From positions 1,355-65,354 of IMG/VR virus record IMGVR_UViG_644736328_000002: 64,000 nucleotides of DNA; one strand, written 5' to 3'. The number at the start of each line of letters is the position of its first letter. The first letter of the stretch is position 1. Source of the stretch: a virus. Its lineage: Duplodnaviria; Caudoviricetes. The notes under the pieces are model-generated. The model was not told the origin of the DNA, made no database searches, and was given only the letters and a program-made list of their open reading frames with translations. Both the position numbers and the translations under genes were made by a program. Shown here piece after piece: positions 42,672 to 52,857 of this stretch.

Positions 42672-43568
42672 TTAGTCTCTCACCCCAGTTGAAATAATTT
42701 CATTATCGTAAATTTCTGCTGTTCCGCAAACTCGCGCTTTTCCACAAACTTGCACACTGTCAAAAATTGATGCCTCGCCATAAACTCGTGCATTACCAGA
42801 AATTTGCGCTTCATTAGCAACTGATGCTTTACCATAAACTCGTGCATTATCGAAAATCTGCGCATTGTCAGAGATATCTGCACGATCAAAAACTTGTGCA
42901 TTATTGCAAATTATAGCATTTCCCCAAACTGATGCCTCATCATAAATTTTTGTATTGTCATAAATTTTAGCATTTCCGGAAATAGATGTTTCACCGTAAA
43001 TTTTAGCATTTCCGGAAATGTGCGCATCTCCGAAAATAGATGCTTCACCATAAATCTTTGCATTGCCGAAAATCTTAGCATTTTTGGAAATAAATGCTTC
43101 ACCATATACTTTAGCGTTTTCAAAAATACATGCCGAATTTGTAATGCATACCTCACCAGAAACTGATGCTTCATCATAAATTTTTACATCGTCAGAAACA
43201 GATGCTGTTCCGAAAACTTTAGCGCTGTCATAAACTTTAGCGCTTCCCCAAACTGAGGCCTCATCATAAATTTGCGCTTTACCAGAAATTTGCGCTTCAC
43301 CAGAAACCGATGCTATACCATAAACTTTTGCATCATCGCTAATTGTAGCATTTTCAGAAACATATCCATTTCCGTAAACCTGTGCATTATCAAAAACCCA
43401 ACAATTATCGTAAGGACTTAGGTTTCTTTCTTTTTCAATATATCCACCTAAATCACCTTTCTTAATTGTACCAAAATTTTTGATAGCTTTAATACGGTAA
43501 AGAATAAATTCGCCAACCTTAATTGCTTCATTCGTTAATTTGTATTTTTTTCTTCTGAATATAAACAT
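42672..43568 (-). CDS. Left-handed beta-helix (hexapeptide repeat) protein
   Basis: N-terminal 'LYRIKA.K.FG....GDLGGYIEKE.NL....NCWV.DNA.V', then many A.[IV].G.A.[IV] hexapeptides. Confidence 0.85.
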   Translation of the reverse strand: MFIFRRKKYKLTNEAIKVGEFILYRIKAIKNFGTIKKGDLGGYIEKERNLSPYDNCWVFDNAQVYGNGYVSENATISDDAKVYGIASVSGEAQISGKAQIYDEASVWGSAKVYDSAKVFGTASVSDDVKIYDEASVSGEVCITNSACIFENAKVYGEAFISKNAKIFGNAKIYGEASIFGDAHISGNAKIYGETSISGNAKIYDNTKIYDEASVWGNAIICNNAQVFDRADISDNAQIFDNARVYGKASVANEAQISGNARVYGEASIFDSVQVCGKARVCGTAEIYDNEIISTGVRD

Positions 43569-43598
43569 GTACTAGATCATTTCTTTATAAGCATATCT

Positions 43599-43967
43599 TT
43601 ACTTTATCTCCCGCAAGATAAGCTTATACATACCGGATTCTGAAGCTTGTACATCTATCACAATGAAATGCTCTTGAGAAGAGGGGGCTTTGCTGTTTTC
43701 AGGGGAAATGATTATAACATTATCTTGAGGGTTTGGTGGTAAGCCTCCGATATCATTGATACAAAGATCAAGTTCCTTTCTTGCAATTGTGGTGGGGATT
43801 CTGCCACCGGCGTCGGATTCTGAATGCTTAATTCCGTAAATCGCTGTGATACGAAAAGATTGCTGGTTGTCCTTTCGCGTGTAGATGATGGGCTGCCCAA
43901 AAGTGTTGCGCACATCTTTAACCATTTGGTCTAGCAGCCCGTGCCATCGCATGTTATTTCGCTCCAA
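43599..43967 (-). CDS. Head-tail joining protein
   Basis: Directly after the capsid gene; beta-rich, 122 aa. Confidence 0.55.
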   Translation of the reverse strand: MERNNMRWHGLLDQMVKDVRNTFGQPIIYTRKDNQQSFRITAIYGIKHSESDAGGRIPTTIARKELDLCINDIGGLPPNPQDNVIIISPENSKAPSSQEHFIVIDVQASESGMYKLILREIK

Positions 43968-45030
43968 TCACGGCTTTAAACAGCATTTCTGGGCGTGTAC
44001 AGATGTAAAGCGGATAGCTATAGACCTCCGGTTTTACCCATGCATTACGGTCGTGATCAACGATCAACATGGTGTAGAGAGGTTTTCCAACCGTGTTGGC
44101 AAAATCCAAGCTTTCACCAGGAGCAAAGGTTTTTTGGAATACACCAGGCGCATCAACAGGAAAGAATTGACATTCATCAGGCTTAATTCCTATGGCGCGC
44201 TTTGTTCCAGCCTTCGCACTTACATTATAGTTGTGAATACTTCGGTAATTAATGAAAGTGACACCCGCAAAGTCAAAACTGCCAAAGCTGCCCGAGCCAA
44301 GAGCGCTTGGTGTTGCAATACCTCCGGCGCTATTGAGTGTCTGTGCTAAGGCTGTGTTTAAATAGGTCTCACGAATTGTTTTATGGTTTTTCAACTTGGA
44401 AAAGAATTCATTTCCACAAAGCCCAATAATCCGTGAACGATCAGAAAATGCTCCTTTTGAAGCCTCAATCATCCTCATAATGACTTGGTCAACATGGTCA
44501 GCAACATTGGTTGTCTCTGTATTCAGTTTAAAGTCAATGGGCTTTGGTGGTGTGATTTCCCATTCTTTGTACCAATCGACAATCACGGAGCCATCAGCAT
44601 CAAGGACAACACCTTGAACAGCGCCAAGCTGCATATTTTCCCATGTCAATTCGATTTCAGAAATCAGTTTCTTTTGTTTTCTGGCAATATATTTCATTGC
44701 TGTCTCGAGTTGATCTTCTGTGCCAAATTCACGCCGGTTCTGGATTTCTTCTGATTTTACGGTATCACTTTTGGCAATCCGTGTTGTTTTGAAAAACCGA
44801 AGATTACGATCCTCTCTATCACCTTCTGCCAAAGGTGCACCACGTTCACTGGTTTGAATAAGCGAAAATGTATTATCACGCCGTTCAATACCAACCACTG
44901 TGGTACTGGTTTCAACTTCCTCAAAGAGATTAAGAGAACTTACAAGACCAGGTTGAAACTCATAGTTTTCGATGGCTTTCATCATTGTGATGCTTGAGAA
45001 AGCATCATGTTTAAAAAAATTCATATCCAT
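43954..45030 (-). CDS. Major capsid protein (lambda gpE family)
   Basis: 'RGAP', 'E....GA..G...DADG...VDW..E', terminal 'S.PL.IC.RP..L'. Confidence 0.9.
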   Translation of the reverse strand: MDMNFFKHDAFSSITMMKAIENYEFQPGLVSSLNLFEEVETSTTVVGIERRDNTFSLIQTSERGAPLAEGDREDRNLRFFKTTRIAKSDTVKSEEIQNRREFGTEDQLETAMKYIARKQKKLISEIELTWENMQLGAVQGVVLDADGSVIVDWYKEWEITPPKPIDFKLNTETTNVADHVDQVIMRMIEASKGAFSDRSRIIGLCGNEFFSKLKNHKTIRETYLNTALAQTLNSAGGIATPSALGSGSFGSFDFAGVTFINYRSIHNYNVSAKAGTKRAIGIKPDECQFFPVDAPGVFQKTFAPGESLDFANTVGKPLYTMLIVDHDRNAWVKPEVYSYPLYICTRPEMLFKAVIGAK

Positions 45031-45042
45031 GTGTGCATTCTC

Positions 45043-45411
45043 CTATCGCAATAGAATGTTGTTTTTGTCTTCGAAAGACTGAATGGGTGCTTTCTTTTGC
45101 TCGTCTGTGATGGCATCTGGCCATAGCAGTTCAGAAGCTTTCACTGTGCATAAGCGTGCTGTAATAACGGCGCGTTGATCGGCGCCTGTTGCGTCAACAG
45201 TGGCAAAAGAAATCCCTGCCGGTGTTTGGCTGCCATCTGATGCTGCTGGATTAAGGGGGATATATTTTTCCGTTGCGGTTATCTTTCCCATGACAGTTCC
45301 CGCTTCAATGAATGCTCCTGATGCAAACACCACTTCTTCGTTTGACATATCGGGGTCGTAGGGTCCAAGATAAGCGCCATTGCGTACGTCGTCATAAATA
45401 ATATTCGTCAT
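45043..45411 (-). CDS. Head decoration protein D-like
   Basis: 'GTVMG..TA..KY....P.ASDGSQ...GI'; ATGA overlap with the upstream ORF. Confidence 0.85.
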   Translation of the reverse strand: MTNIIYDDVRNGAYLGPYDPDMSNEEVVFASGAFIEAGTVMGKITATEKYIPLNPAASDGSQTPAGISFATVDATGADQRAVITARLCTVKASELLWPDAITDEQKKAPIQSFEDKNNILLR

Positions 45412-45848
45412 TTCACTGCCCTCCAAGCGGCTTCCCATTTTGCGTGAATCTTTGCCTTGCTCGTCCCATCACTATGAGGGGCATAAGGCGAGACTTTTAA
45501 AGACGCGCTTTGAGAGCTAGCAGCCGTCAACACACACTGGCGTGCTTTCTCGAGACTCATACCGTTTTGAATAGCTTTTGCTGCGTCAAAAGAAACGCCT
45601 AAGTGCTTTGCTTGCCTTTCAAGGGTTGTTAGTGCTTTTGCGCGCTTTCTTTCTTTTTCAAGAGCAGCTTTTATGTTTTCCTGCTTGTCCTCACTGTCTT
45701 CATCCTCATCTTCGTTTTCTTCTTCATCGTCGAAGTCTTCGGCGTTTTTGTCGATGTCACTATCGTCTTCGTCCTCTTCCTCGTCATTGATGATGTCGAC
45801 AATTTTTTCATCATCATCTTCTTCAGCGCGGTATTGTGTGCGTGCCAT
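45408..45848 (-). CDS. Acidic scaffold-like protein (Nu3 position)
   Basis: Own RBS (aagga); Asp/Glu-rich N-terminus, coiled coil 'ALEKERKRA'. Confidence 0.6.
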   Translation of the reverse strand: MARTQYRAEEDDDEKIVDIINDEEEDEDDSDIDKNAEDFDDEEENEDEDEDSEDKQENIKAALEKERKRAKALTTLERQAKHLGVSFDAAKAIQNGMSLEKARQCVLTAASSQSASLKVSPYAPHSDGTSKAKIHAKWEAAWRAVK

Positions 45849-46744
45849 GTGTTTTGTCCTTCTTTTGTTGTTGCTGTTGGGTTTTGTGATATGGAATCCG
45901 TTAAGGCTTCCAAAGCTTGCGCAAGGGTGCCCTGCGCATCTGCTAATCCAAGCGTGATCGCTTGGCTGCCTATAAAAGTTTCTGCTTTTGTGTCACGAAT
46001 TGCATCAGCATTTAAGCGTCTGTTTTGCGCCACCAAATCGACAAACATCTCGTAGAGTAGGGCGCAATCGGCTTGCATTTTTATCTGTGCTGTATCGCTC
46101 AAGGGTTCATGAGGATTGCCATGAACTTTGTGATCACCTTCAAAGACAAAGGTCCATTTATGCCCGTGTTTTTCATCTGCACGGGACTGGTCAAGATGAG
46201 CGCAAACAACCCCAATCGAGCCTACAACACCCGTGCGAGCAACCCATATTTGAGAAGCAGAACAAGCAATGGCATAAGCCGCTGAACAAGCAAACTCATT
46301 GGCATGTGCCCAAATGGGCTTGTCGTATTTTTTTGAGAGTGCTTGAAACTCTTCCACAAGATCAAACACACCGCCGGCTTCTCCACCGCCGCTGTCAATA
46401 TCAAGTAAAACAGCGCGAACATCAGGTTGTGCAATGGCTTCACGAAAAGAAGCCCCCAAACCTTCATAAGAGGTTAATCCCGATAAAGCCCCAAGCCATG
46501 CACCGCGACGCACAAGCGTGCCATGAACTGGTATTATGGCAATATTGTTTTGTACTACATAAGTTTCAGGGGGTCTGAAAGCTTCTGTATCCCCTTGTCC
46601 AAATGCCCCAGTGGCAAACTTTTCTCCTTCAAAAAGGCGTGGTGCAAGAGCATTGAGAATGACATCAAGCTTTGTCGAGGCAAGCATATGAGGAACACCA
46701 AAAAGCCGTGATACCAAAAACGGCATGTCGAGATTATTCACCAT
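45671..46744 (-). CDS. S49-family prohead protease (lambda gpC-like)
   Basis: 'LLDIDSGGG', 'ACSAAYAIAC', 'GSIGV'; start placed at MVNNLDMP. Confidence 0.9.
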   Translation of the reverse strand: MVNNLDMPFLVSRLFGVPHMLASTKLDVILNALAPRLFEGEKFATGAFGQGDTEAFRPPETYVVQNNIAIIPVHGTLVRRGAWLGALSGLTSYEGLGASFREAIAQPDVRAVLLDIDSGGGEAGGVFDLVEEFQALSKKYDKPIWAHANEFACSAAYAIACSASQIWVARTGVVGSIGVVCAHLDQSRADEKHGHKWTFVFEGDHKVHGNPHEPLSDTAQIKMQADCALLYEMFVDLVAQNRRLNADAIRDTKAETFIGSQAITLGLADAQGTLAQALEALTDSISQNPTATTKEGQNTWHAHNTALKKMMMKKLSTSSMTRKRTKTIVTSTKTPKTSTMKKKTKMRMKTVRTSRKT

Positions 46745-48278
46745 TTGCATGTGCCTCGCTGCTTTGGTTGCTTTCATAAGTTTCAGAAGGCTCTGAATCT
46801 GCGGGATCAATTACTTGATTGCTACCAGAGGGCGCTGCCATATCCGTGTCAAAAGATAAGCCGCGCGCACGAGCGTCTGTGTGCTCTTCTTGCAGTTCGG
46901 CATGAATGCTGTCGATATCAAAGCCGCGCTCGGCAAGTGCCATGCGTCGTGTTTTCAAGCCTGCACGGATTTCTTCTTTTTCCGCTGAGATATCCTTGTT
47001 TGGATCAATCATTTCAAGGGGTGGTGCAAAGCTTTCACATTGAAGCCATGGCAAGGAATTTTCTTCCCACCCTGGCAAATTGACACATTTGACAAGCACT
47101 GCCATTTCAACAAAACGCTCCCAAACAATGCGGTTAAACTGAAAGGCAATGATATGTTCACGCCATTGTTTGACGTGCCGTCTAAACTGAATGATGGAGG
47201 TACGCACATTTGAAAAATTCCCCCGCGTAACGTCTCCAGTCACAACGGCATAAGGCATATTAAGTGCTGCACAAATTTTCAAGATATTGCGAAATTGAAA
47301 AGCCTCATAAGAGCCACCAACCTCAACAGGATTTGAGAATGTAACCTCTTTATTCTCTCCTAAATAAAGAGATGCACCGGGCGCAATGACAGGTGCTTTG
47401 TATTCTTCTTCAACGTTGTTTTTATCACGATTATCGGATAATTTTTCGACGTTTGGTGAATTGTCCTTGACAAACGCCGCGAAAAGAGCCGCTGTCCTTT
47501 TTCTATCGAGTTCTGCATCATCATAGGATTCGAGTTGAAAGATCTTTGTCATAGCGCGCGTTATTTTGGGAGAACCGCGCAATTGTCCGGCAATACGGCG
47601 CTCTTTGATATGAATGACCATTTCAGCAGGGACGCGCACGCGCTCTTGGCTCTCAAATGCCATATTTGCAGGGACATCATCATAGGGGTGGTGTTCCCAG
47701 AAATGATAAGCAACGCGCTTACCACTGGCATTAAATTCAATCCCCATACGAATGTAATTGCCTTCAATCTCAGCCGGTCCATTGTAGGAAAGGTCCAACA
47801 TTTCGGTGGGATAAACTTGTAATTGAAGAGGCACACCAGAGCGCCCGTAGAGGTCGACATAGTGTAGTCTTACAAAGCATTCACCAGTTAAAAAGACCTC
47901 TCGTGCAATGGTTGCTTGAAGTCCATAAAAATTGGCATCTTCATCATAGTCCGCTTCATCAACCCATTGCCACCATAAGTCTAAAAGCTTTTTCTTTTCT
48001 TCTTGAAAACCTTCAATACGAGGATAAGGTTTAATCCCATCACTGACAGCTGCAGAGACCCATTCCTCCGTTGCAGAACCATAAAGAGCTTCATTGTCAT
48101 AAAGCCATCTTGAACGAGCAACAATGGTATCACCGCATTCCTCAATGGCTTTATTGATATGTTTTTTTGCGGGGTCAAAACCACCCATGCGACGGCTTTT
48201 ACTTGCCGCTTCAAAATGGGGATTGTGTTGACGAGAAATTGTAAAAAAGCCCGTGAGTTTATTGAAAAAACCAGCCAT
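46734..48278 (-). CDS. Portal protein (lambda family)
   Basis: 'R..SR.L..N', 'GE.F', 'QLRG.P', 'NFS..R', 'IDP.KD'. Confidence 0.93.
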   Translation of the reverse strand: MAGFFNKLTGFFTISRQHNPHFEAASKSRRMGGFDPAKKHINKAIEECGDTIVARSRWLYDNEALYGSATEEWVSAAVSDGIKPYPRIEGFQEEKKKLLDLWWQWVDEADYDEDANFYGLQATIAREVFLTGECFVRLHYVDLYGRSGVPLQLQVYPTEMLDLSYNGPAEIEGNYIRMGIEFNASGKRVAYHFWEHHPYDDVPANMAFESQERVRVPAEMVIHIKERRIAGQLRGSPKITRAMTKIFQLESYDDAELDRKRTAALFAAFVKDNSPNVEKLSDNRDKNNVEEEYKAPVIAPGASLYLGENKEVTFSNPVEVGGSYEAFQFRNILKICAALNMPYAVVTGDVTRGNFSNVRTSIIQFRRHVKQWREHIIAFQFNRIVWERFVEMAVLVKCVNLPGWEENSLPWLQCESFAPPLEMIDPNKDISAEKEEIRAGLKTRRMALAERGFDIDSIHAELQEEHTDARARGLSFDTDMAAPSGSNQVIDPADSEPSETYESNQSSEAHANGE

Positions 48279-48526
48279 TAATAGCCTCGTGATATATTAA
48301 AATAGAAAACGCGTGAACGCTTGCGTCCTTCAAGGTTGGCTATTTGTGTGTTCAGCATCTCAAGCGCTCTGCGCAGTTCCTCAACAGAACGGTTGCTGAC
48401 TTGCTTATCGCCATGGCGCACCGATTGTGCTCCCGAATAAAGAGCTTCTTCAATTTGCTCACGCCGCCTTTTTAAACTTTCCAGTCTCGAAAATTTGTTG
48501 TTAATTGGTTCTAAAGTTTCACCCAC
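48278..48526 (-). CDS. Head-to-tail joining protein (gpW-like)
   Basis: 'ALYSGAQSVRHGDKQV..RSVEEL'; between terminase and portal. Confidence 0.85.
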   Translation of the reverse strand: MGETLEPINNKFSRLESLKRRREQIEEALYSGAQSVRHGDKQVSNRSVEELRRALEMLNTQIANLEGRKRSRVFYFNISRGY

Positions 48527-48529
48527 AAA

Positions 48530-50476
48530 TTACCTCCAATCCCCTCGCATATAAGGATTCATCACCGTTCTGAATGGCTTCTTTTGAGGCTGTGCTGTCT
48601 GAGATCTTCTTGGAGCAGGAGAGGGGGCATGTCTTGGTGTTGGCTGCTCTAAAGAGCCTTCAACTTTAAGTTTTTCCAGACGCTCTTCTAAGATATCGAC
48701 TTCTCGATTAAGGTTTATTCCTGCCGAAATCAGACCTTGTAAAGCAGCATAAGCATAGACCCTACAGTCCAAGGCTTCATTTCTTGCCTTTTCGCTTTTT
48801 TGCCATTCAATGCGCTTGAAGCCTTTAAAATATTTGATGACTTTTCTTTCAGCGGTTAGCTGGTCAAAATATTCCCGATCAAGGTTTTTGTGAAAGTGTG
48901 TTGCACCAGCACCCGATGCTTCAGGACCGGATTTTTTAAATCGTGCCGTGATAATATCTTTTGCTGCATCAACACCAACAATATAGAGATTGATCTGTCC
49001 TTTGTTGTTTCTACTTGGACGGCGCGGCCATACCGCACGCCATCCCGCGTGCCCCTTAATCCCCCAGATACGTCGTCCCTCACGCGGGCGCACATAATTA
49101 TAAACCGCTTGTGTGTGTCCACCACCGGTATCAATACAAGCAGCCGTTATCTTGATGCCATCTTTATAGCCTGGATGTGGCCAGCGTCTTGTAAGATATT
49201 CATCCAGCTGGTCCCATACTTCAAAAGAAGAGGGATCACCAGGAATGACGTGATAATCAATATGCCAGCTTTCTTCACTGCGTCCCCATCCAACCACTTC
49301 AAGTTCCAAGCGGTCATTTTGCACATCAATACCCGCTGTTAACAACACGGCTTGTTCTGGTGCCAGGGGATAATCTTCACGTTTTGCATAGAGGCTATCA
49401 GGGTCAACAACTTCGCCTGTTCTGTCTTCCCATGGCTCTCCAAGAACTGTATTAATAAAAACTTGCAAAAGAGCAGGGTCTTCTTTGGCTCTTAAAAATT
49501 CGCGCGCACAATCACCCCAAGTCAGCCATGGCGAATAAAGCGCTGAAATATGGTAAGAACGCAGACGAGGCTTACTTGACTCCTGTGTTGCGATCCAGCA
49601 AGCACCGTTTTCTTCTGCCATTAAGGTGGACTTACGATGTTCGGCATGTTCATGACCACAATGCGCACAAACAAACACAGCTTTTTCGGGGGTGCCTTTT
49701 GGCCACTTGATTTGTGACCAAACAATGGGCTGTAGAACACCACATGCATCACAAGGGACATTGTAATATCGTTGGTCTCCTAGCACGAAATCTTTGGCGA
49801 TACGGCTTGTGTCACGGTGTGTCGGCGTGGACAATTTAAAAATTTTACGTTGAATAAAAGCAGAGGTTCGTTTTTCAGCAATTGTTACAGGATCGCCTTC
49901 ATTATCGACATTCAATGGGTAAGCATCGACTTCATCCAAAACCAAATAGCGAATAGGAGAAGAACGCAATCCAGCAGCACTATTTGCTCCTGTAATCATC
50001 AATGTTCCCCCATAAAATTCCTTTGAAAACATTGTATTTCCACTGTCTCTTGCACGAGCAGGAGCAATGCGTTCACTTAAAGCAGGGCTAGCTGAAATCA
50101 TCGGATCAAGACGAGACTTTGACAGTTTCTTAGCGGTCTCAACTGTAGGCATCACATAAAGGGCAGGTCCTGGACTATGATGAATGGCATAACCACAAAA
50201 GTTCAATGCTGCTTCCGACATTCCAATCTGAGCCCCCTTCATCACAACCGTTGTTTCAGTCGGATCATAAACAGAAAGATTATCCATGATCTCTCGTAAA
50301 TAGGGGGTACGTATAGTCCTCCATAATCCAGGCTCAGCACTCGTAACTGTGCTCAAATAACGATTTTTATCAGCCCACTGGGAAACAGTGTAAGGCGGGT
50401 CAGGACGGCGCCCTTCATTCGCATAGCAAAAAAAGAGCCCAGCACCAGGGGACGAGGGCGAAGCATCACTTATCAT
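48530..50476 (-). CDS. Terminase large subunit (lambda GpA family)
   Basis: Walker A 'KGAQIG.SE', 'LDEVD', 'STP', 'NTVLGE.W', 'GIDVQ..R', 'NEALDC..YA'. Confidence 0.95.
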   Translation of the reverse strand: MISDASPSSPGAGLFFCYANEGRRPDPPYTVSQWADKNRYLSTVTSAEPGLWRTIRTPYLREIMDNLSVYDPTETTVVMKGAQIGMSEAALNFCGYAIHHSPGPALYVMPTVETAKKLSKSRLDPMISASPALSERIAPARARDSGNTMFSKEFYGGTLMITGANSAAGLRSSPIRYLVLDEVDAYPLNVDNEGDPVTIAEKRTSAFIQRKIFKLSTPTHRDTSRIAKDFVLGDQRYYNVPCDACGVLQPIVWSQIKWPKGTPEKAVFVCAHCGHEHAEHRKSTLMAEENGACWIATQESSKPRLRSYHISALYSPWLTWGDCAREFLRAKEDPALLQVFINTVLGEPWEDRTGEVVDPDSLYAKREDYPLAPEQAVLLTAGIDVQNDRLELEVVGWGRSEESWHIDYHVIPGDPSSFEVWDQLDEYLTRRWPHPGYKDGIKITAACIDTGGGHTQAVYNYVRPREGRRIWGIKGHAGWRAVWPRRPSRNNKGQINLYIVGVDAAKDIITARFKKSGPEASGAGATHFHKNLDREYFDQLTAERKVIKYFKGFKRIEWQKSEKARNEALDCRVYAYAALQGLISAGINLNREVDILEERLEKLKVEGSLEQPTPRHAPSPAPRRSQTAQPQKKPFRTVMNPYMRGDWR

Positions 50477-51065
50477 GTTCTGGATTCTCTTCTAAAATGT
50501 TGGGATCGTGAAAAGAAACAGGGACGACATTTTCCACTAAAGCTTTGCGCATATGATGATCGATAGCTCCAATAAGGCTGGCCGCATCACATCCCACTTG
50601 CACCGCAATTTCAGTACCAAAGCGATAGGCAAAATTGAGCATTGTATCTCGATGCGCTCTTCCAAAGTTCCATGCTTCTTTTCTCACTTCTTCTCGATCA
50701 ACAGTGGTTTCGCGCAATCGTTCAAGTGCAATCTTTTCGCTTTCAAGCGCAACTTGCATTCGCTCCAGTTTTATCTTGTATTCATTGGCTCCATCTGTGG
50801 AGGCTTGTTTGATCTTTGTCCGCACCTTTCCATCAGGCGCTAAAAGTGAAGCAGGGCGCTTTGTTGGATTCTCATTCCAGATAGCTGTTGCAAGCGCTTC
50901 ATTGACAGAACCATCTTCAAAAAGAGCCGCATCAAATTTACCTGTCTTTATCCGAGAAACAACCGCATTATGTGAAACACCCATCTTTTTTGCAAACGCA
51001 CGAACCGATAGACCTTCACGATGCTTCTTATTCATAGTTGCTCCTTGCCTTGATTTTTTCCTCAT
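50466..51065 (-). CDS. Terminase small subunit-like protein
   Basis: N-terminal HTH 'LSVRAFAKKMGVSHNAV', coiled coil; immediately upstream of TerL. Confidence 0.75.
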   Translation of the reverse strand: MRKKSRQGATMNKKHREGLSVRAFAKKMGVSHNAVVSRIKTGKFDAALFEDGSVNEALATAIWNENPTKRPASLLAPDGKVRTKIKQASTDGANEYKIKLERMQVALESEKIALERLRETTVDREEVRKEAWNFGRAHRDTMLNFAYRFGTEIAVQVGCDAASLIGAIDHHMRKALVENVVPVSFHDPNILEENPEHDK

Positions 51066-51163
51066 CTTGAGGAATGGGGTTTTCGGCGTACCAAGAAAGA
51101 AAGCTTTACGTCACGAACTGAAAACGGGCTTCAATGCGATAAGGAGACATTTTACATATCATA

Positions 51164-51295
51164 CTGTACACACTAAAATCATTACTTATCAATTAGTTAA
51201 GTGTACAATGTACAGTCAATTTGAAAATTCTGTCGCTAGCGATAGTTCGCGCTGTCCTGCCCCGCAACAGACCCAACCCGCTGGGAAGTACCTTT
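51164..51295 (-). promoter_or_regulatory. Candidate cos/packaging initiation region
   Basis: TGTACA inverted repeats (51164-71, 51201-15) flank an IHF consensus (51187-99); palindrome TCGCTAGCGA and a GC-rich stretch lie upstream of terS. Confidence 0.5.
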
Positions 51296-51402
51296 TGCAT
51301 TGATTTTATTGTGTTTTTTCTGGAAAAAACCAAAGCGCAAGTGACAATCTGCTTTAAAAATTACAATTAAAGTGAGTAGTGTGGTGACATAGCTTAAGAA
51401 CA

Positions 51403-51987
51403 TTATTTAGCTTTCTTATTGGCGGCATATTCTTGACGAGCAAGTTGGTACTGTATATTGGCAATTAATCTCTCATTGGCTTTTTTTACAATAGCACTTG
51501 CAATTTCTGGCTTGGACATCACCCCAGCAATTGAGGGTCCTTCTTGTTTTGCAATAGGGAATTGATCTCCATCCGCTCTTTGAAACACATTACCATTCAG
51601 CTTTTTTAATTCAACACGCTTTGGAAAACTCCCACCTTTGATAAAAGCATGGGGTAAGATTTCTTTTTTTCCAAACATTTTGTAAGTCACACCGCGTTTT
51701 GTTTCTTCTGCTTGAAAAAATTTAAGAGGTATCGGTGTTCCAGAACCAATGATATCTGTCTCAAGAAACCTTGCTGTCGCCTTTTCTTTAATATAAACGC
51801 CTTTTTTGACACGCTTTGATTGGGCAGATGTAACATCGGCAATTTGTTTTTCTGCAAAGCGTTCGACTTGTTTTGCAGAGGTGTTTAGAGCATTACGCAA
51901 AGCCCAATTAAGGCGTGGTGCTTGAAGACTGGTGAAGGTATCCTTCACCTGTTGAAGATACCATTTTTGGTGGATGATTAACTTCAA
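51403..51987 (-). CDS. Minor tail/neck protein (lambda gpZ-like)
   Basis: 'ALRNALN..A', 'IPLK.F', 'PHAFI', 'G.VF.R', 'GPSI'. Confidence 0.65.
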   Translation of the reverse strand: MKLIIHQKWYLQQVKDTFTSLQAPRLNWALRNALNTSAKQVERFAEKQIADVTSAQSKRVKKGVYIKEKATARFLETDIIGSGTPIPLKFFQAEETKRGVTYKMFGKKEILPHAFIKGGSFPKRVELKKLNGNVFQRADGDQFPIAKQEGPSIAGVMSKPEIASAIVKKANERLIANIQYQLARQEYAANKKAK

Positions 51988-51990
51988 CTT

Positions 51991-52305
51991 CTAAGCCTTT
52001 TTGGGGGTAGGTGACTTGGAAGCTTTAGATGCTTTTGGCTGTTCGAGTGAGGTTTTCTCTATCACTGGTTCAGATGATGTTTGTACGGCTTCTTGTTCTA
52101 TCTGTTTAATTTGTTCAACCGCCTTATCAGGTTTTGCTGTTGTCTTGACTCCAATAAAAGGTTTTACAGCATTAGCGCGCTTGAGACGTGCGTAGACTTG
52201 ATTGGAAACTTCAACAAATGGATTATTGGGTGTTGATGGTTCAAAGCGAACAGTGCTTTTGTTGTCTCCAACAACACACATTGGCTTCGTGATGATGGCT
52301 TTCAT
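51991..52305 (-). CDS. Hypothetical phage protein
   Basis: 104-aa ORF with RBS aggag, first gene of the late operon. Confidence 0.55.
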   Translation of the reverse strand: MKAIITKPMCVVGDNKSTVRFEPSTPNNPFVEVSNQVYARLKRANAVKPFIGVKTTAKPDKAVEQIKQIEQEAVQTSSEPVIEKTSLEQPKASKASKSPTPKKA

Positions 52306-52654
52306 CTTCGCTCCTTTTGAGTCATAATTAATGACATCATTGATTACTTAATGGCGTTTGATCTTTGCAAAATAGATTAGTCTGTTTTATCAATAAAAAC
52401 AGCACTTTAAGCCCTATTGAAAGCTTAAGATTCTACCAAATTGTAAGGGATATTTTTGAATTTTAGACGCAATACGACTACTGCCATATTGTCATTAAAT
52501 ACGATTTTTCATGCATTGTCAATAGAAAAAATCTATATTTTGTATTTTTTTTATTTTTTGATCAAAACTTAGTATTTTAAAAGCTGCTTTTTAATTTTCT
52601 ATAAATAACAACATATTTGTTGCATTTAAACATTTTAGATGTTATATTATATTT

Positions 52655-52837
52655 ATGAACAGTCAAGAATTAAAAAGATATCTTACAAAACATGGTTGCA
52701 GTTTTATCTCAGGGAAAGGCGGCCATTTGCTTGTAAAACGTGGTTCTAAAAAAACGGTTTTGCCAATGCATGGTGCGCGGAAAGAATTAGGAACAGGATT
52801 AGTTCAAAAGATTCTTAAAGATCTTGACCTAAAGTAA
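52655..52837 (+). CDS. hicA: HicA toxin
   Basis: 'GKGGHLLV', 'PMHG..KELGTGL..KILKDL'. Confidence 0.92.
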   Translation: MNSQELKRYLTKHGCSFISGKGGHLLVKRGSKKTVLPMHGARKELGTGLVQKILKDLDLK

Positions 52838-52857
52838 GTCTGAATATGGAGATATAA

